This document shows, one piece after another, positions 9,865 through 18,554 of a stretch of DNA of 64,000 nucleotides (position 1 is its first letter; the number at the start of each line of letters is the position of its first letter). The notes under the pieces are model-generated. The model had not been told where the DNA came from, made no database searches, and worked only from the letters and a program-made list of their open reading frames with translations. Source of the stretch: an uncultured Desulfocapsaceae bacterium. Lineage in GTDB: Bacteria; Desulfobacterota; Desulfobulbia; Desulfobulbales; Desulfocapsaceae. Position numbers and translations under genes: made by a program. The stretch is from contig CAZMFP010000014.1 of NCBI GenBank assembly GCA_964565605.1, positions 9,700-73,699 on the forward strand, given 5' to 3'.

Positions 9865-11094
9865 CTATTGTCTTCTTATAAGGGGCATGGTGGGTTGGAT
9901 AATTTTCTTTTTCTTTTTTATCTTCTTCTGCTTCACCGGTTTGAGTGAGTTCTTTTCTATTTTTATCGTTGGCTTGATACGATTGAGTTTTTTGCCGGAC
10001 ACCTCGGCCCTGCTTTTTATTATATTAAGTTTTGGCCTATCTTTAGAACCGACCGAGAAGGTTCGCCACTTCCCCCAACTTGATCCCGTATGAGCCGACT
10101 TTAACCGTATCCTATAGACACCTTTCTTCTTCACACTGAGGCGTCCAACAATGGAATGGCTCCCCAACTGCGGTTGGTATGAAAAATGACTCCCTTGTTC
10201 CTTTTGAAAAGATTTCGAAGTAAAAGACTTCCACTCAACCTGATGGGCTATTTTGCCAGTTCCCGGAAAAACAGTGGCATGTATTTTCACTCTTTGAGGT
10301 TTTGCTATCTTCTGATTTTCCCTTGGCTGGATGATAACAGGCGGTGAGAAATTTTTTATTTCATGTATCGATACACTGCTTTGTTTGAAACGATTTTTTT
10401 GTATCGCCCCCTGGCTCATGGTCTGTACTTTCGAAACGACAAATCGTTTCATATCACTGTTCTGTAGATTCGGGCCGGTTTCCATAGTGGCCCGAACATG
10501 ATAATTGCCATTTTGGGGAAACTGTGAGCCAGGAATCGTTATCTCATATTGGCCTGAAAGTAGGGGCACAAGAGAAACTGACTGCTGCAGAGCTGTATCC
10601 GGCCACTGACCAGGCACACTCTCCGGGTACCAGACCCATTCAAGCTGGACCGGCGGTGAACCCGTTGTACAGAAAAGCCCTATCTGAAGGTGCAGGTCTC
10701 CATTAACAACCTGCTTGTCTGTTGGTGAGAGGATCTCGAGACTCGGAGAAGTACACTCTGGAGGACTGGTTGTGGTTTGTTGGGATATGGGATTTGAAGA
10801 AGGCTTGGCAAACAACGGTTTGCTTTGTGGTTGGATTGTAAATTGGGGATATTTGATTGTTGAGACAGATAGTTCCGCTCCAGGCTCAAGTCCATCAAAT
10901 TGAATCGTTGAGACCAGCAATTCAGAGCCTGCCGGCAGGCCATCAAACTCAATTGTTGAGACGGTGATTTCCTCAGGTAATTTCACAGGGATTTGCAGGT
11001 TTTCCAAACCCTTTTGTTTCTCATCCTGTTGAATACCCGGTGCTGCAGAAAAAGCTTGACCATAGAAAAAGATCGTTCCTGCGGTAACAATCAA
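9865..11094 (-). CDS. Hypothetical secreted protein with short tandem VSTIxFDGL repeats and a poly-Lys tail
   Basis: This is a 409-aa ORF. It contains VSTIEFDGLPAGSELL / VSTIQFDGLEPGAELS / VSTIKY repeats and the C-terminus KPVKQKKIKKKKKII. The start is uncertain (TTG; hydrophobic N-terminus). Confidence 0.45.
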   Translation of the reverse strand: MIVTAGTIFFYGQAFSAAPGIQQDEKQKGLENLQIPVKLPEEITVSTIEFDGLPAGSELLVSTIQFDGLEPGAELSVSTIKYPQFTIQPQSKPLFAKPSSNPISQQTTTSPPECTSPSLEILSPTDKQVVNGDLHLQIGLFCTTGSPPVQLEWVWYPESVPGQWPDTALQQSVSLVPLLSGQYEITIPGSQFPQNGNYHVRATMETGPNLQNSDMKRFVVSKVQTMSQGAIQKNRFKQSSVSIHEIKNFSPPVIIQPRENQKIAKPQRVKIHATVFPGTGKIAHQVEWKSFTSKSFQKEQGSHFSYQPQLGSHSIVGRLSVKKKGVYRIRLKSAHTGSSWGKWRTFSVGSKDRPKLNIIKSRAEVSGKKLNRIKPTIKIEKNSLKPVKQKKIKKKKKIIQPTMPLIRRQ

Positions 11095-11250
11095 GAAAGC
11101 AAGAAGAGCCTTTACTATTATTTGGTAATTTTATAATGATAAAACATGAAAGATTCGGCGCTCCTGAAAGGTGTTGAAAAAGAAGCAAGTGCCCTGCAAC
11201 CATTCCTCTAAGAATATAGCTATGGCATCTCCTCTTTGAAGGTGAAGGGA

Positions 11251-11820
11251 TTAAGGAGTTAAATGGTTTTTAATATCTTCGAGGAATGGAATTTCCGTAT
11301 ATAACTGTTCACATGGCAGTTGTATTCCTGATCCAATTTGCATATTGTCAAACCCATCTGTTGTTCCAATACCAACAAACATACACTCATCCCCTTTTTC
11401 CATGACAGCAAAAGCTAATCCCTCAAGAGTGCCGGAAGAAGTTAAAGCTCCTAACCCTTTGTCTAAGACGACATCAACAACCCCTAAATAGTCCCCTGTT
11501 TTAAACAGATCAACCTTCTCTGTCATACCAAAAGCATATCCAAAAGCATATCCACCGGGGGTGACTACCATACTGTAAATATTGACAGAACCATGCCGCC
11601 ATGCCACCGGCCAATTTTTGATATTAAATGGCACATGCATGGTCACGATCGGTACTTTGATCAATTTCGCCGGATCAATGTCAACCTTGAATTTTTGACT
11701 CAACTTCAACTTCGACAGATTATCACCGTATGCCTCAATGCAGCACATACCATTAAAAACGAGAAGAACAGAGACAACGACCAAAGAGAGCAATAGATTG
11801 TTTGAAATGATTTTCAGCAT
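11251..11820 (-). CDS. Hypothetical exported protein
   Basis: ATG at 11820 is preceded by AGGAG. The N-terminus MLKIISNNLLLSLVVVSVLLVF is signal-like. I recognise no family. Confidence 0.45.
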   Translation of the reverse strand: MLKIISNNLLLSLVVVSVLLVFNGMCCIEAYGDNLSKLKLSQKFKVDIDPAKLIKVPIVTMHVPFNIKNWPVAWRHGSVNIYSMVVTPGGYAFGYAFGMTEKVDLFKTGDYLGVVDVVLDKGLGALTSSGTLEGLAFAVMEKGDECMFVGIGTTDGFDNMQIGSGIQLPCEQLYTEIPFLEDIKNHLTP

Positions 11821-12017
11821 ATCTATCTCCTGAAAATAAAAATTAGACATCATGCACTCAAACTGACAATTTGAGATTGTTGGACTAAAAAACGATGCTA
11901 TCCTCCTTCATCTTATCACAAGAATAACGGCGAAAAACATCCTTTCTATTTCTTAGTGCTCATAATTGTGAAAAAGTTCAAAAAAATGTTGAAAAACTAT
12001 GTGCCTTCCTCGATTAG

Positions 12018-12090
12018 GAATAATCCTTGACCGAAGACCAGGCAACAAACTGACAACGCCTGGTGTTAGAGTGAGCTTTTTGATTATCAG
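12018..12090. repeat. Half copy (one arm) of the intergenic palindromic element
   Basis: aataatccttgaccgaagaccaggcaacaaactgacaacgcctggtgttagagtgagctttttgattatcag aligns with the right arm of 53560-53775 (gtgatccttgaccgaaggctagccagacaaattggcagcacctcgtgttaggctgagctttcttggtaatcag). Confidence 0.45.
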
Positions 12091-12337
12091 CACTCCACCC
12101 GGCTCATCAGCTCAGGGTTCAAACGAACATTTGCCTAAAAACTATCTGTTTTTTTTAGTTAAATGAAAAAAATAACACGGTTCTAGCTTCTATAATTGGG
12201 AATAATACTACTTGATATTGAATCTCAGGTTTTTCTTATATTGTCGACTTGTCCCAAAATGGACTATTCTTTCAATACAGTAGAATTGTTAAATGGTTAC
12301 TCTCCACACTGAAAAATCAGATTTAACGAGGTCTCTA

Positions 12338-12556
12338 ATGCAAGAAGAAATCGCTGTCTTTACCCCCTTTGACTTTAAACCCGGGCAAAAAATATTCATC
12401 AGTGCTGGTCCACGAAAGGGCGACTGGCTGGTTCTTGGCACCGATGATAAAAAGGTGACCCTGAAGTGCCCGGTGAGTAAAAGAGAATTTACCTGGAACC
12501 GATTCTGCTATCTGGCACAAGTTGAAACACGGCAATGGCCAATGGAAGAAGAATAA
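12338..12556 (+). CDS. Hypothetical small protein
   Basis: The ORF has ATG 12338 and GAGG upstream. I recognise no family. Confidence 0.3.
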   Translation: MQEEIAVFTPFDFKPGQKIFISAGPRKGDWLVLGTDDKKVTLKCPVSKREFTWNRFCYLAQVETRQWPMEEE

Positions 12557-12698
12557 CCAGCCGAATAATCACCTGTTGTCACAAGACAATAGGACTATTT
12601 GGGCAGCATGAAAAATGGTGTGTTATTAGGCTCTTTCGAATTAGGTCTGTACTCTAAGTCTGCTTGGCTTTGTATCAGTTTTCAGGAACTTTTCTGTT

Positions 12699-13076
12699 AT
12701 GTCTCTCAGGATCCGCTATGCAACCTACCTTTTGTTCATCCTTCTGCTGCTTGTCATTTTCACTTTTGGAATCGTTTATTGTATCAATGAAAAACGCTAC
12801 TTCTTTGTAGCAGCACTTTTCATTCTTCTCTACCTGACAACCTTTATTATTGGACGAAAATTCTCCACGATCTTTCTTTTGCTCTCCACCCTGAAATTTA
12901 TTCGGCAGAATAATGGTGTTGTCTCTGTTGATTCGTATAGGGCTTTTATCCAATCGACTATTCGGAAAAAAACAAAAAGTGAAAACGGCCAAAATATTGA
13001 TGATGTCATCCTGCAAAAGCTGCAAAGTGAAAATATCGTCGAACTCACAGACGATACTATTTATCTGATAAATTAA
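12699..13076 (+). CDS. Hypothetical membrane protein
   Basis: A 125-aa ORF with two or three hydrophobic helices in the N-terminal half. I recognise no family. Confidence 0.35.
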   Translation: MSLRIRYATYLLFILLLLVIFTFGIVYCINEKRYFFVAALFILLYLTTFIIGRKFSTIFLLLSTLKFIRQNNGVVSVDSYRAFIQSTIRKKTKSENGQNIDDVILQKLQSENIVELTDDTIYLIN

Positions 13077-13330
13077 ATCTTAGAGCTTGACAGCCATTAT
13101 TTTTGCAACTACTTGTGTGCATATGCTCGATTTGAGCGTCGGGCCAGGTCGCAGCAAAATATTAAATTTTACGGCTTAATTATCCAAAATAAAGTTAGCC
13201 GGATAAAGCCGACTCGTTGAATCAGGAGCTGCCGGCAGTTGATCTTAAACTGGCACGGGAATAGACAACAGAAAAACCACCGGATGTCTGCAATCTATCA
13301 CTTTAGAGTACGACCTATCGCCACCTATTC

Positions 13331-14353
13331 ATGATTGAGAACGCCGAAACATCAAGGAAACACACCATGTGGAAACTACTCATCTCCATAAATAAAAAGC
13401 TCGTTTATGCTATTCCGACCCTTATGATTTTAGGATTTATTTTCGGGATGACAGCCGACCCAACCATTGTAAAAAAGCTAAAAGCTCTCATCGTGCCGAT
13501 GACCTTCCTCATGGTCTACCCAATGATGGTTACCCTGAACATCAGGCATCTGCAACAGGGTCTGAAAAACGTCAAACTGCAACTGATAACCCAATTGATC
13601 AACTTTGCAATCATTCCATTTATCGCCTATGGCCTTGGCCTGGTTTTCTTCGCCAACCAGCCATATATGGCCCTCGGCCTTCTTCTTGCCGCCCTGCTGC
13701 CGACATCGGGAATGACCATCTCCTGGACCGGTTTTGCCAAAGGAAATATGGGGGCAGCAATTAACATGACCGTGATTGGGCTTACTATTGGTTCCCTGGC
13801 AACTCCCTTTTATATCAAAGCTCTCCTGGGGGCCACAGTTGATGTGAATATTGTTATGGTTATTAAACAGATTTCCATAATTGTCTTTATCCCGATGGTT
13901 CTAGGCTATCTCACTCGGCAGCTGTTATTGAAAAAATACACGATACCTAAATTTAAAAAGGACATCGCACCCCGCTTTCCTGCAATGTCAACCATTGGTG
14001 TCTTAGGGATAGTCTTTGTTGCCATGGCGCTGAAAGCACGAACAGTCATGGATAACCCAACTATTCTTGGATACATCTTCATCCCCCTTCTTATCATCTA
14101 CTTAGCCAACAATGTTCTCTCCACGTGTATCGGTAAAGCTCTGTTTGCTAGAGGAGACGCCATTGCCCTGGTGTATGGAACAGTACTGCGCAACCTCTCC
14201 ATTGCACTGGCCATTGCTATTAATGCTTTTGGTGAGGCCGGGACCAACGCAGCTCTCGTCATAGCCCTGTCCTATATTATCCAGGCACAATCTGCCGCCT
14301 GGTATGTCAAAATAACCAATACGGTCTTTGGACCACAACTCCAGGAAACTTAA
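13331..14353 (+). CDS. Bile acid:Na+ symporter / ACR3-type (BASS superfamily) transporter
   Basis: A 340-aa polytopic membrane protein of roughly 10 TM segments. Its length and helix pattern fit the BASS/arsenical-resistance-3 family. Confidence 0.6.
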   Translation: MIENAETSRKHTMWKLLISINKKLVYAIPTLMILGFIFGMTADPTIVKKLKALIVPMTFLMVYPMMVTLNIRHLQQGLKNVKLQLITQLINFAIIPFIAYGLGLVFFANQPYMALGLLLAALLPTSGMTISWTGFAKGNMGAAINMTVIGLTIGSLATPFYIKALLGATVDVNIVMVIKQISIIVFIPMVLGYLTRQLLLKKYTIPKFKKDIAPRFPAMSTIGVLGIVFVAMALKARTVMDNPTILGYIFIPLLIIYLANNVLSTCIGKALFARGDAIALVYGTVLRNLSIALAIAINAFGEAGTNAALVIALSYIIQAQSAAWYVKITNTVFGPQLQET

Positions 14354-14515
14354 TTACAAGAGAAACATCTATCAACCACCTCACAGTAAGACATTTCACC
14401 TGCAAACTTTGGAAAAGAATGAAAATCAGAATGAAATAACGTATCTTTTAAGCTCTAATGGTAGCTCTCTGTCGTACCTGTGAACAGTCTCATACCCGAC
14501 AACCTGGAATGGATT

Positions 14516-15763
14516 ATGGAATTTTCTGAATTTGGTGCTCGTTTTACCGGCGACTGCGGCATTCTTTCGCTGATGGATGATCTCGGCAACGCTCTGGCCG
14601 AAGGCAATATGATCATGATGGGGGGAGGCAATCCCGGCCATGTCCCTGAAGTGCAGGAGCTATTGCAGAAGCGGCTATTAGAACTAGCCTCAGACACCTC
14701 ATCTTTTCAAAAACTGATCGGTATTTACGATCCTCCCCAGGGTGACAAGGATTTTCTCAAAGCCCTTGCTGATCTGCTCAGAGAAGAATATGGCTGGGAA
14801 GTTGGCCCTGAAAACATCTGTCTAACCACCGGCTCCCAAGGCTCTTTTTTCTTTCTTTTTAACATGCTTGCTGGAGAATTCGGAGGAGGAGATAAGAAGA
14901 AAATACTCTTGCCCATGGCGCCTGAATATATCGGCTATGCTGACCTGGGACTGTGCGACGATTTTTTTATCACAGTTAAACCCCGAATTGAAAAACTTGA
15001 CCAACACACCTTTAAATATCGGGTTGACTTTGATTCCATCGAAATCACCGCCGATATTGGCGCCATTTGTGTTTCAAGACCAACAAATCCCACAGGCAAT
15101 GTACTGACCAATAATGAAATTATCGGCCTGGCAGAACTCGCTGAAAAAAACAATATCCCATTTATTATCGATAACGCCTATGGAGTTCCCTTTCCCGGGA
15201 TTATCTATACCGAAGCAACTCCAGTGTGGAATGATAATCTTATCGTCTGCATGAGCCTCTCTAAATTCGGTTTACCAGCAGCCAGAACAGGTATTGTGAT
15301 AGCAAATACCGAGATCATTCAAGCGCTGTCCGGTATCAATTCGATCTGTAATCTGGCCCCCGTGAGCTTTGGGGCTATGCTGGCAACAGACATTGTTGCC
15401 AGTGGTAAGATTCTGCAATTGAGCCGCAAGGTAATCAAGCCTTTTTATCAACACCGCATGAAAAACGCTGTGGCAGCATTGCATGAGTATTTTTCAGGAC
15501 TGGACTATATGATCCATATTCCCGAAGGTGCTATGTTCCTCTGGCTCTGGCTCAAGGATCTTCCCATCAGTTCTGCAGAACTCTATCAACGTTTGAAAAA
15601 AAGAGGTGTTCTTGTTGTTTCCGGTCACTATTTTTTCCCAGGGCTGAAACCGGGCTGGAAACATATGGATGAGTGTTTGCGTTTGACATACTCACAAGAT
15701 GAACATGATGTTCGCCAAGGGGTGAAAATCATCGCTGATGAAATCCGGCAGTTACAAACCTAA
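14516..15763 (+). CDS. avtA: Valine-pyruvate aminotransferase (AvtA-like, class I PLP aminotransferase)
   Basis: MEFSEFGARFTGDCGILSLMDDLGNALAEGNMIMMGGGNPGHVPEV parallels the E. coli AvtA N-terminus (remembered). SLSKFGLPAARTG contains the PLP lysine motif. Confidence 0.75.
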   Translation: MEFSEFGARFTGDCGILSLMDDLGNALAEGNMIMMGGGNPGHVPEVQELLQKRLLELASDTSSFQKLIGIYDPPQGDKDFLKALADLLREEYGWEVGPENICLTTGSQGSFFFLFNMLAGEFGGGDKKKILLPMAPEYIGYADLGLCDDFFITVKPRIEKLDQHTFKYRVDFDSIEITADIGAICVSRPTNPTGNVLTNNEIIGLAELAEKNNIPFIIDNAYGVPFPGIIYTEATPVWNDNLIVCMSLSKFGLPAARTGIVIANTEIIQALSGINSICNLAPVSFGAMLATDIVASGKILQLSRKVIKPFYQHRMKNAVAALHEYFSGLDYMIHIPEGAMFLWLWLKDLPISSAELYQRLKKRGVLVVSGHYFFPGLKPGWKHMDECLRLTYSQDEHDVRQGVKIIADEIRQLQT

Positions 15764-15998
15764 TAGCAGAAGAATACTCACTGATTTAAATTGAGTTTTT
15801 CACCTTTGGGAACTGATTGAAAAGCCTTGCTCCTATCTTATTTCCCGATTCAAACAAAACATCGCATCAGTATTAAGCCGATCGCTTATCTCTTCTCGGC
15901 CTGGTCAGAATCTACCTCCGCCCAGAGAAAAAGTTACAGGTGATGTGACAATTTCCACACCAATACTCGTAAACCGGCAACATTGAAAAGAACTTTAG

Positions 15999-16219
15999 CC
16001 CGGGTTTCTCACGAGTCGAGGCGGCTGCATATGCGCGAAACGATCCAATGAGCTATAGTTTCCTATGCTTATTGGATCAGTGACAAAGCAGATGTGGTCG
16101 TATCGGCTCGCCTTTGGTGAACAGTTTGTAAGCAACCAGCCGTCAACTGTGATTAAAAATAACCTGGCGCAATCAACATGTTATCGAGTTGCGCTCAAAC
16201 TGTTCATGAGAAATCCGGG
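15999..16219. other. Structured intergenic segment closed by a 17-nt inverted repeat (candidate ncRNA or decayed element)
   Basis: cccgggtttctcacgag (15999-16015) pairs with ctcatgagaaatccggg (16203-16219). There is an internal 12-bp hairpin gatccaatgagc...gcttattggatc, and gaacagtttg pairs with caaactgttc. No ORF is present. Confidence 0.25.
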
Positions 16220-16236
16220 TTAGTTGTTGGAAAACT

Positions 16237-16395
16237 CTATCTCCTCAAATGAATAATTCCAACGATGATAAGAATAAGGGGCCACCACTGTCTGAGTAGA
16301 GACTTGATATCTCCAAGGGGGAGAATATCAAGATTTGATAGAAGAAAGATAACCCCAAGCACAATGAGAATAATGGCTCCGTTTTTTGATCGCAT
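16237..16395 (-). CDS. Small two-helix membrane protein (LiaF/DUF5668-like TM domain)
   Basis: ATG 16395 is preceded by AAGGAG. The sequence is MRSKNGAIILIVLGVIFLLSNLDILPLGDIKSLLRQWWPLILIIVGIIHLRR. Confidence 0.45.
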   Translation of the reverse strand: MRSKNGAIILIVLGVIFLLSNLDILPLGDIKSLLRQWWPLILIIVGIIHLRR

Positions 16396-16561
16396 CAGCC
16401 GCTCCTTTTGGTAAAAATCATCATGTGAACTGATATGAATTTTCATAAATGGTAGCCGGATTATTTATGAAAAGCAATCACCTGTTGCTTTTCAACCATA
16501 TTGGTATTAATATGTATTACCATAATATTTCTTATTAATATCAGCATATTACGGCAACACC

Positions 16562-17452
16562 ATGAAAAAAATGTTTCTTATTTTTCCACTCCAATTGATT
16601 TCTATTCTTCTATTTGCTGGTGCCGCCCTGGGTGCACCGATTGATATTGTAGTCTCCATTGCTCCACAGAAGTGGCTGGTCAGCCAAGTTGGAGGAACTA
16701 TGATCTCAGTCAACACTCTCATTGGCAAGGGTCAGGATCCACACTCTTTTCAACCCACACCGAGACAGATCGCCCATCTCTCAAAAGCCCGATTCTATTT
16801 TACCATTGATATGGCTTTTGAAAAAACCATATCAAACAGAATCAAGCACCTGAAAACAGGACCTCAAGTAGTTGATATTTCACAAAACATCCACAAGATC
16901 CAAATGGATCGACATACTCATCTTGAAGAAGATCACCACCATGCTGACCATAAAGCTCTTCAGCCCCTTGACCCGCATATCTGGCTTTCACCCGTCATCC
17001 TCAAACAGATAGCAACCACAATCTCTGATGTACTCATCGAAGAAGATCCGGACAACCGTGAACAGTATAAAAACAACCTGAAAAAACTCAGTAACAAGCT
17101 TGAGAATATCCATGCAGCAATAAAAAAGAAGCTTGCCCCTTTTACTGGTTCATCTTTTTATGTCTTTCATCCATCATTTGGTTATTTTGCCCAAACCTAT
17201 CACCTCCACCAGGAAGCAATTGAAGTGGAGGGGAAGTCACCACCCCCAAGGCAACTGCAACGACTTATTAAAAAAGCAAAAGATCAAGGAGCCAAAATCA
17301 TTTTCATCCAACCCCAATTTGACCCAAAAAGTGCAACAGCCATAGCCTCAGCCATTGATGGCCATGTTATTCCACTGGACCCACTTGCTGAAGATATTGA
17401 AAATAATCTCCTGTTGATGGCGGATAAAATCGCAGGAGCACTCAGCAAGTAG
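16562..17452 (+). CDS. znuA: Zinc/manganese ABC transporter substrate-binding protein (ZnuA/TroA cluster 9) with a His-rich loop
   Basis: A signal peptide is present, along with the DPHxW motif (LDPHIWLSP), the His-rich loop DRHTHLEEDHHHADH and FHPSFGYF. No znuBC genes are adjacent. Confidence 0.75.
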   Translation: MKKMFLIFPLQLISILLFAGAALGAPIDIVVSIAPQKWLVSQVGGTMISVNTLIGKGQDPHSFQPTPRQIAHLSKARFYFTIDMAFEKTISNRIKHLKTGPQVVDISQNIHKIQMDRHTHLEEDHHHADHKALQPLDPHIWLSPVILKQIATTISDVLIEEDPDNREQYKNNLKKLSNKLENIHAAIKKKLAPFTGSSFYVFHPSFGYFAQTYHLHQEAIEVEGKSPPPRQLQRLIKKAKDQGAKIIFIQPQFDPKSATAIASAIDGHVIPLDPLAEDIENNLLLMADKIAGALSK

Positions 17453-17480
17453 TCGCTTTTCACATATCACAAATCCGCTA

Positions 17481-17810
17481 TCACATGATATCGCCATGGG
17501 GTTCCTGCAGGAGACGAACAGTTTGTAGAACAACACCATTTCTTTGAAGAACAGTTAAAAGCTGTTCGAGACCTGTCTGGTCATCATCAAATGTAATCAC
17601 GAGACGTTTTCGACCAAGATCCGGATAGACGTCAACAACCCCTTCCAACAGCTGAACAGCCTTTTCAATTTCAGGCAACAAGGTATCGCTTAATGCCGGA
17701 ATATGGAAAGAGTAGACATACTCACCGGCAATTACAGGTAATTTTGTACAATTTATTATGACGATGAGCAGGCAGATCAACAGGATATTTTTTCCGCCTC
17801 GTCCCATCAT
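17481..17810 (-). CDS. Hypothetical exported protein (HMA-like beta-alpha-beta fold guess, no CxxC)
   Basis: A 109-aa ORF with a signal-like N-terminus. I recognise no family. Confidence 0.35.
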   Translation of the reverse strand: MMGRGGKNILLICLLIVIINCTKLPVIAGEYVYSFHIPALSDTLLPEIEKAVQLLEGVVDVYPDLGRKRLVITFDDDQTGLEQLLTVLQRNGVVLQTVRLLQEPHGDIM

Positions 17811-17834
17811 TTTGTAGTTTTTTTATTTGCCGGA

Positions 17835-17900
17835 AAGCCCAGCCAAAGAGGAGCTGTTGTAAGTAATTTCATCCGGGCTGAGGATTATCGATAATCAAGC
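17835..17900. repeat. Possible short or degenerate copy of the intergenic palindromic element
   Basis: cccagccaaagaggagctgttgta...gggctgaggattatcgataatcaag resembles ctcagcc..aaaagaggtgttgtc and gctgagaatcattggtgatcaag of the full copies. Confidence 0.3.
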
Positions 17901-18118
17901 TACTGTTTGTGGTTCGCATCAGAGCTACTGGCATGAAGTAATGTGCAATACCTACGAAATACTATTAATTTCAGACAGTATCACAATTTAATAACAGATT
18001 CATTCTCTTCTCTATTTCCCTTGACACACCCTTGGGTAATGTCCTAGAAGTAAGGCATAATAGCAGTCTAATTTTGTTTGAGGTCGAAGTAATCTGTTCA
18101 CATTCTACGGAGGCAAAG

Positions 18119-18532
18119 ATGACAAAAAAAGAGTTAAAGAAGTTTCTTGCCGGCCTAAGCGTCGCAAGCCTGCTCAGCGTTGGCGGAGTCGGTATGCACG
18201 GCGCCCAAGCCGGTCCCAGTGGATGAGGTGACAAACCCGGCACAGGTGGTGCCGACTCAAAAAAAGAAGCTTCAGGCAGTGGCTGAGGCGGTGGATCCGG
18301 TGCAGGTGGCACCGACCAACCGACCAGCGAAGAAGAGGCCAAGAAAAAAGATCCCGGAACAAGTGGCTGAGGTGGTGGATCCGGTGCAGGTAGCACCGAT
18401 CAACCAACCAGTGAAGAAGAGGCCAAGAAAAAAGATCCCGGAACAAGTGGCTGAGGCGGCGGATCCGGTGCAGGTAGCACCGATTCTAAAAAGTCTGAGG
18501 ACGACAAGTCCGGGAAAAGTGGCTGAAGCTGA
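18119..18532 (+). CDS. Poly-selenocysteine, tandem-core SbtA-like RiPP precursor (137 aa if all five in-frame UGA are read as Sec)
   Basis: ATG 18119 has a GGAGG RBS. The signal-like leader is MTKKELKKFLAGLSVASLLSVGGVGMHGAQA. Five in-frame TGAs follow at 18224, 18284, 18368, 18452 and 18524, all in an S-G-U-G(G) context. My translation is GPSG-U-GDKPGTGGADSKKEASGSG-U-GGGSGAGGTDQPTSEEEAKKKDPGTSG-U-GGGSGAGSTDQPTSEEEAKKKDPGTSG-U-GGGSGAGSTDSKKSEDDKSGKSG-U-S-stop (TGA 18530-18532). Each UGA has a SECIS-type hairpin 11 nt downstream. Six of 7 substitutions between repeat units are synonymous in this frame. The ORF track shows only 18032-18226. Confidence 0.75.
18224..18254 (+). promoter_or_regulatory. 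Sec-UGA 1 plus SECIS-like hairpin
   Basis: TGA 18224-18226 is followed by an 11-nt spacer and then CGGCAC-AGGUG-GUGCCG at 18238-18254. Confidence 0.65.
18284..18314 (+). promoter_or_regulatory. Sec-UGA 2 plus SECIS-like hairpin
   Basis: TGA 18284-18286 is followed by an 11-nt spacer and then CGGUGC-AGGUG-GCACCG at 18298-18314. Confidence 0.65.
18368..18398 (+). promoter_or_regulatory. Sec-UGA 3 plus SECIS-like hairpin
   Basis: TGA 18368-18370 is followed by an 11-nt spacer and then CGGUGC-AGGUA-GCACCG at 18382-18398. Confidence 0.65.
18452..18482 (+). promoter_or_regulatory. Sec-UGA 4 plus SECIS-like hairpin
   Basis: TGA 18452-18454 is followed by an 11-nt spacer and then CGGUGC-AGGUA-GCACCG at 18466-18482. 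Confidence 0.65.
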
Positions 18533-18554
18533 TTTTCCCGTGCAGTTTGCACGA
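18524..18554 (+). promoter_or_regulatory. Sec-UGA 5 plus SECIS-like hairpin (hairpin lies past the stop codon)
   Basis: TGA 18524-18526 is followed by an 11-nt spacer (which includes the terminal AGC TGA) and then CGUGC-AGUUU-GCACG at 18539-18553. The register is the same as for the other four. Confidence 0.5.

Noticed and set aside
12095-12130. A GGTTCAAAC string that might be a tRNA T-arm
   Set aside because: There is no complementary T-stem, acceptor stem or anticodon arm around it. I could not fold any tRNA anywhere in the window.
18021-18061. TTGACA at 18021 as the -35 element of the Sec-peptide promoter
   Set aside because: No acceptable -10 lies at 16-19 nt. The alternative TTGGGT-18-CATAAT (18032-18061) is weak. 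I left the promoter uncalled.
18224-18530. A periodic direct repeat of about 84 nt that could be mistaken for a CRISPR array or a non-coding tandem repeat
   Set aside because: There are no unique spacers between the repeats and the whole unit repeats. The periodicity is a multiple of 3, the substitution pattern is codon-like, and the region is embedded in an ORF with an RBS and a signal peptide.
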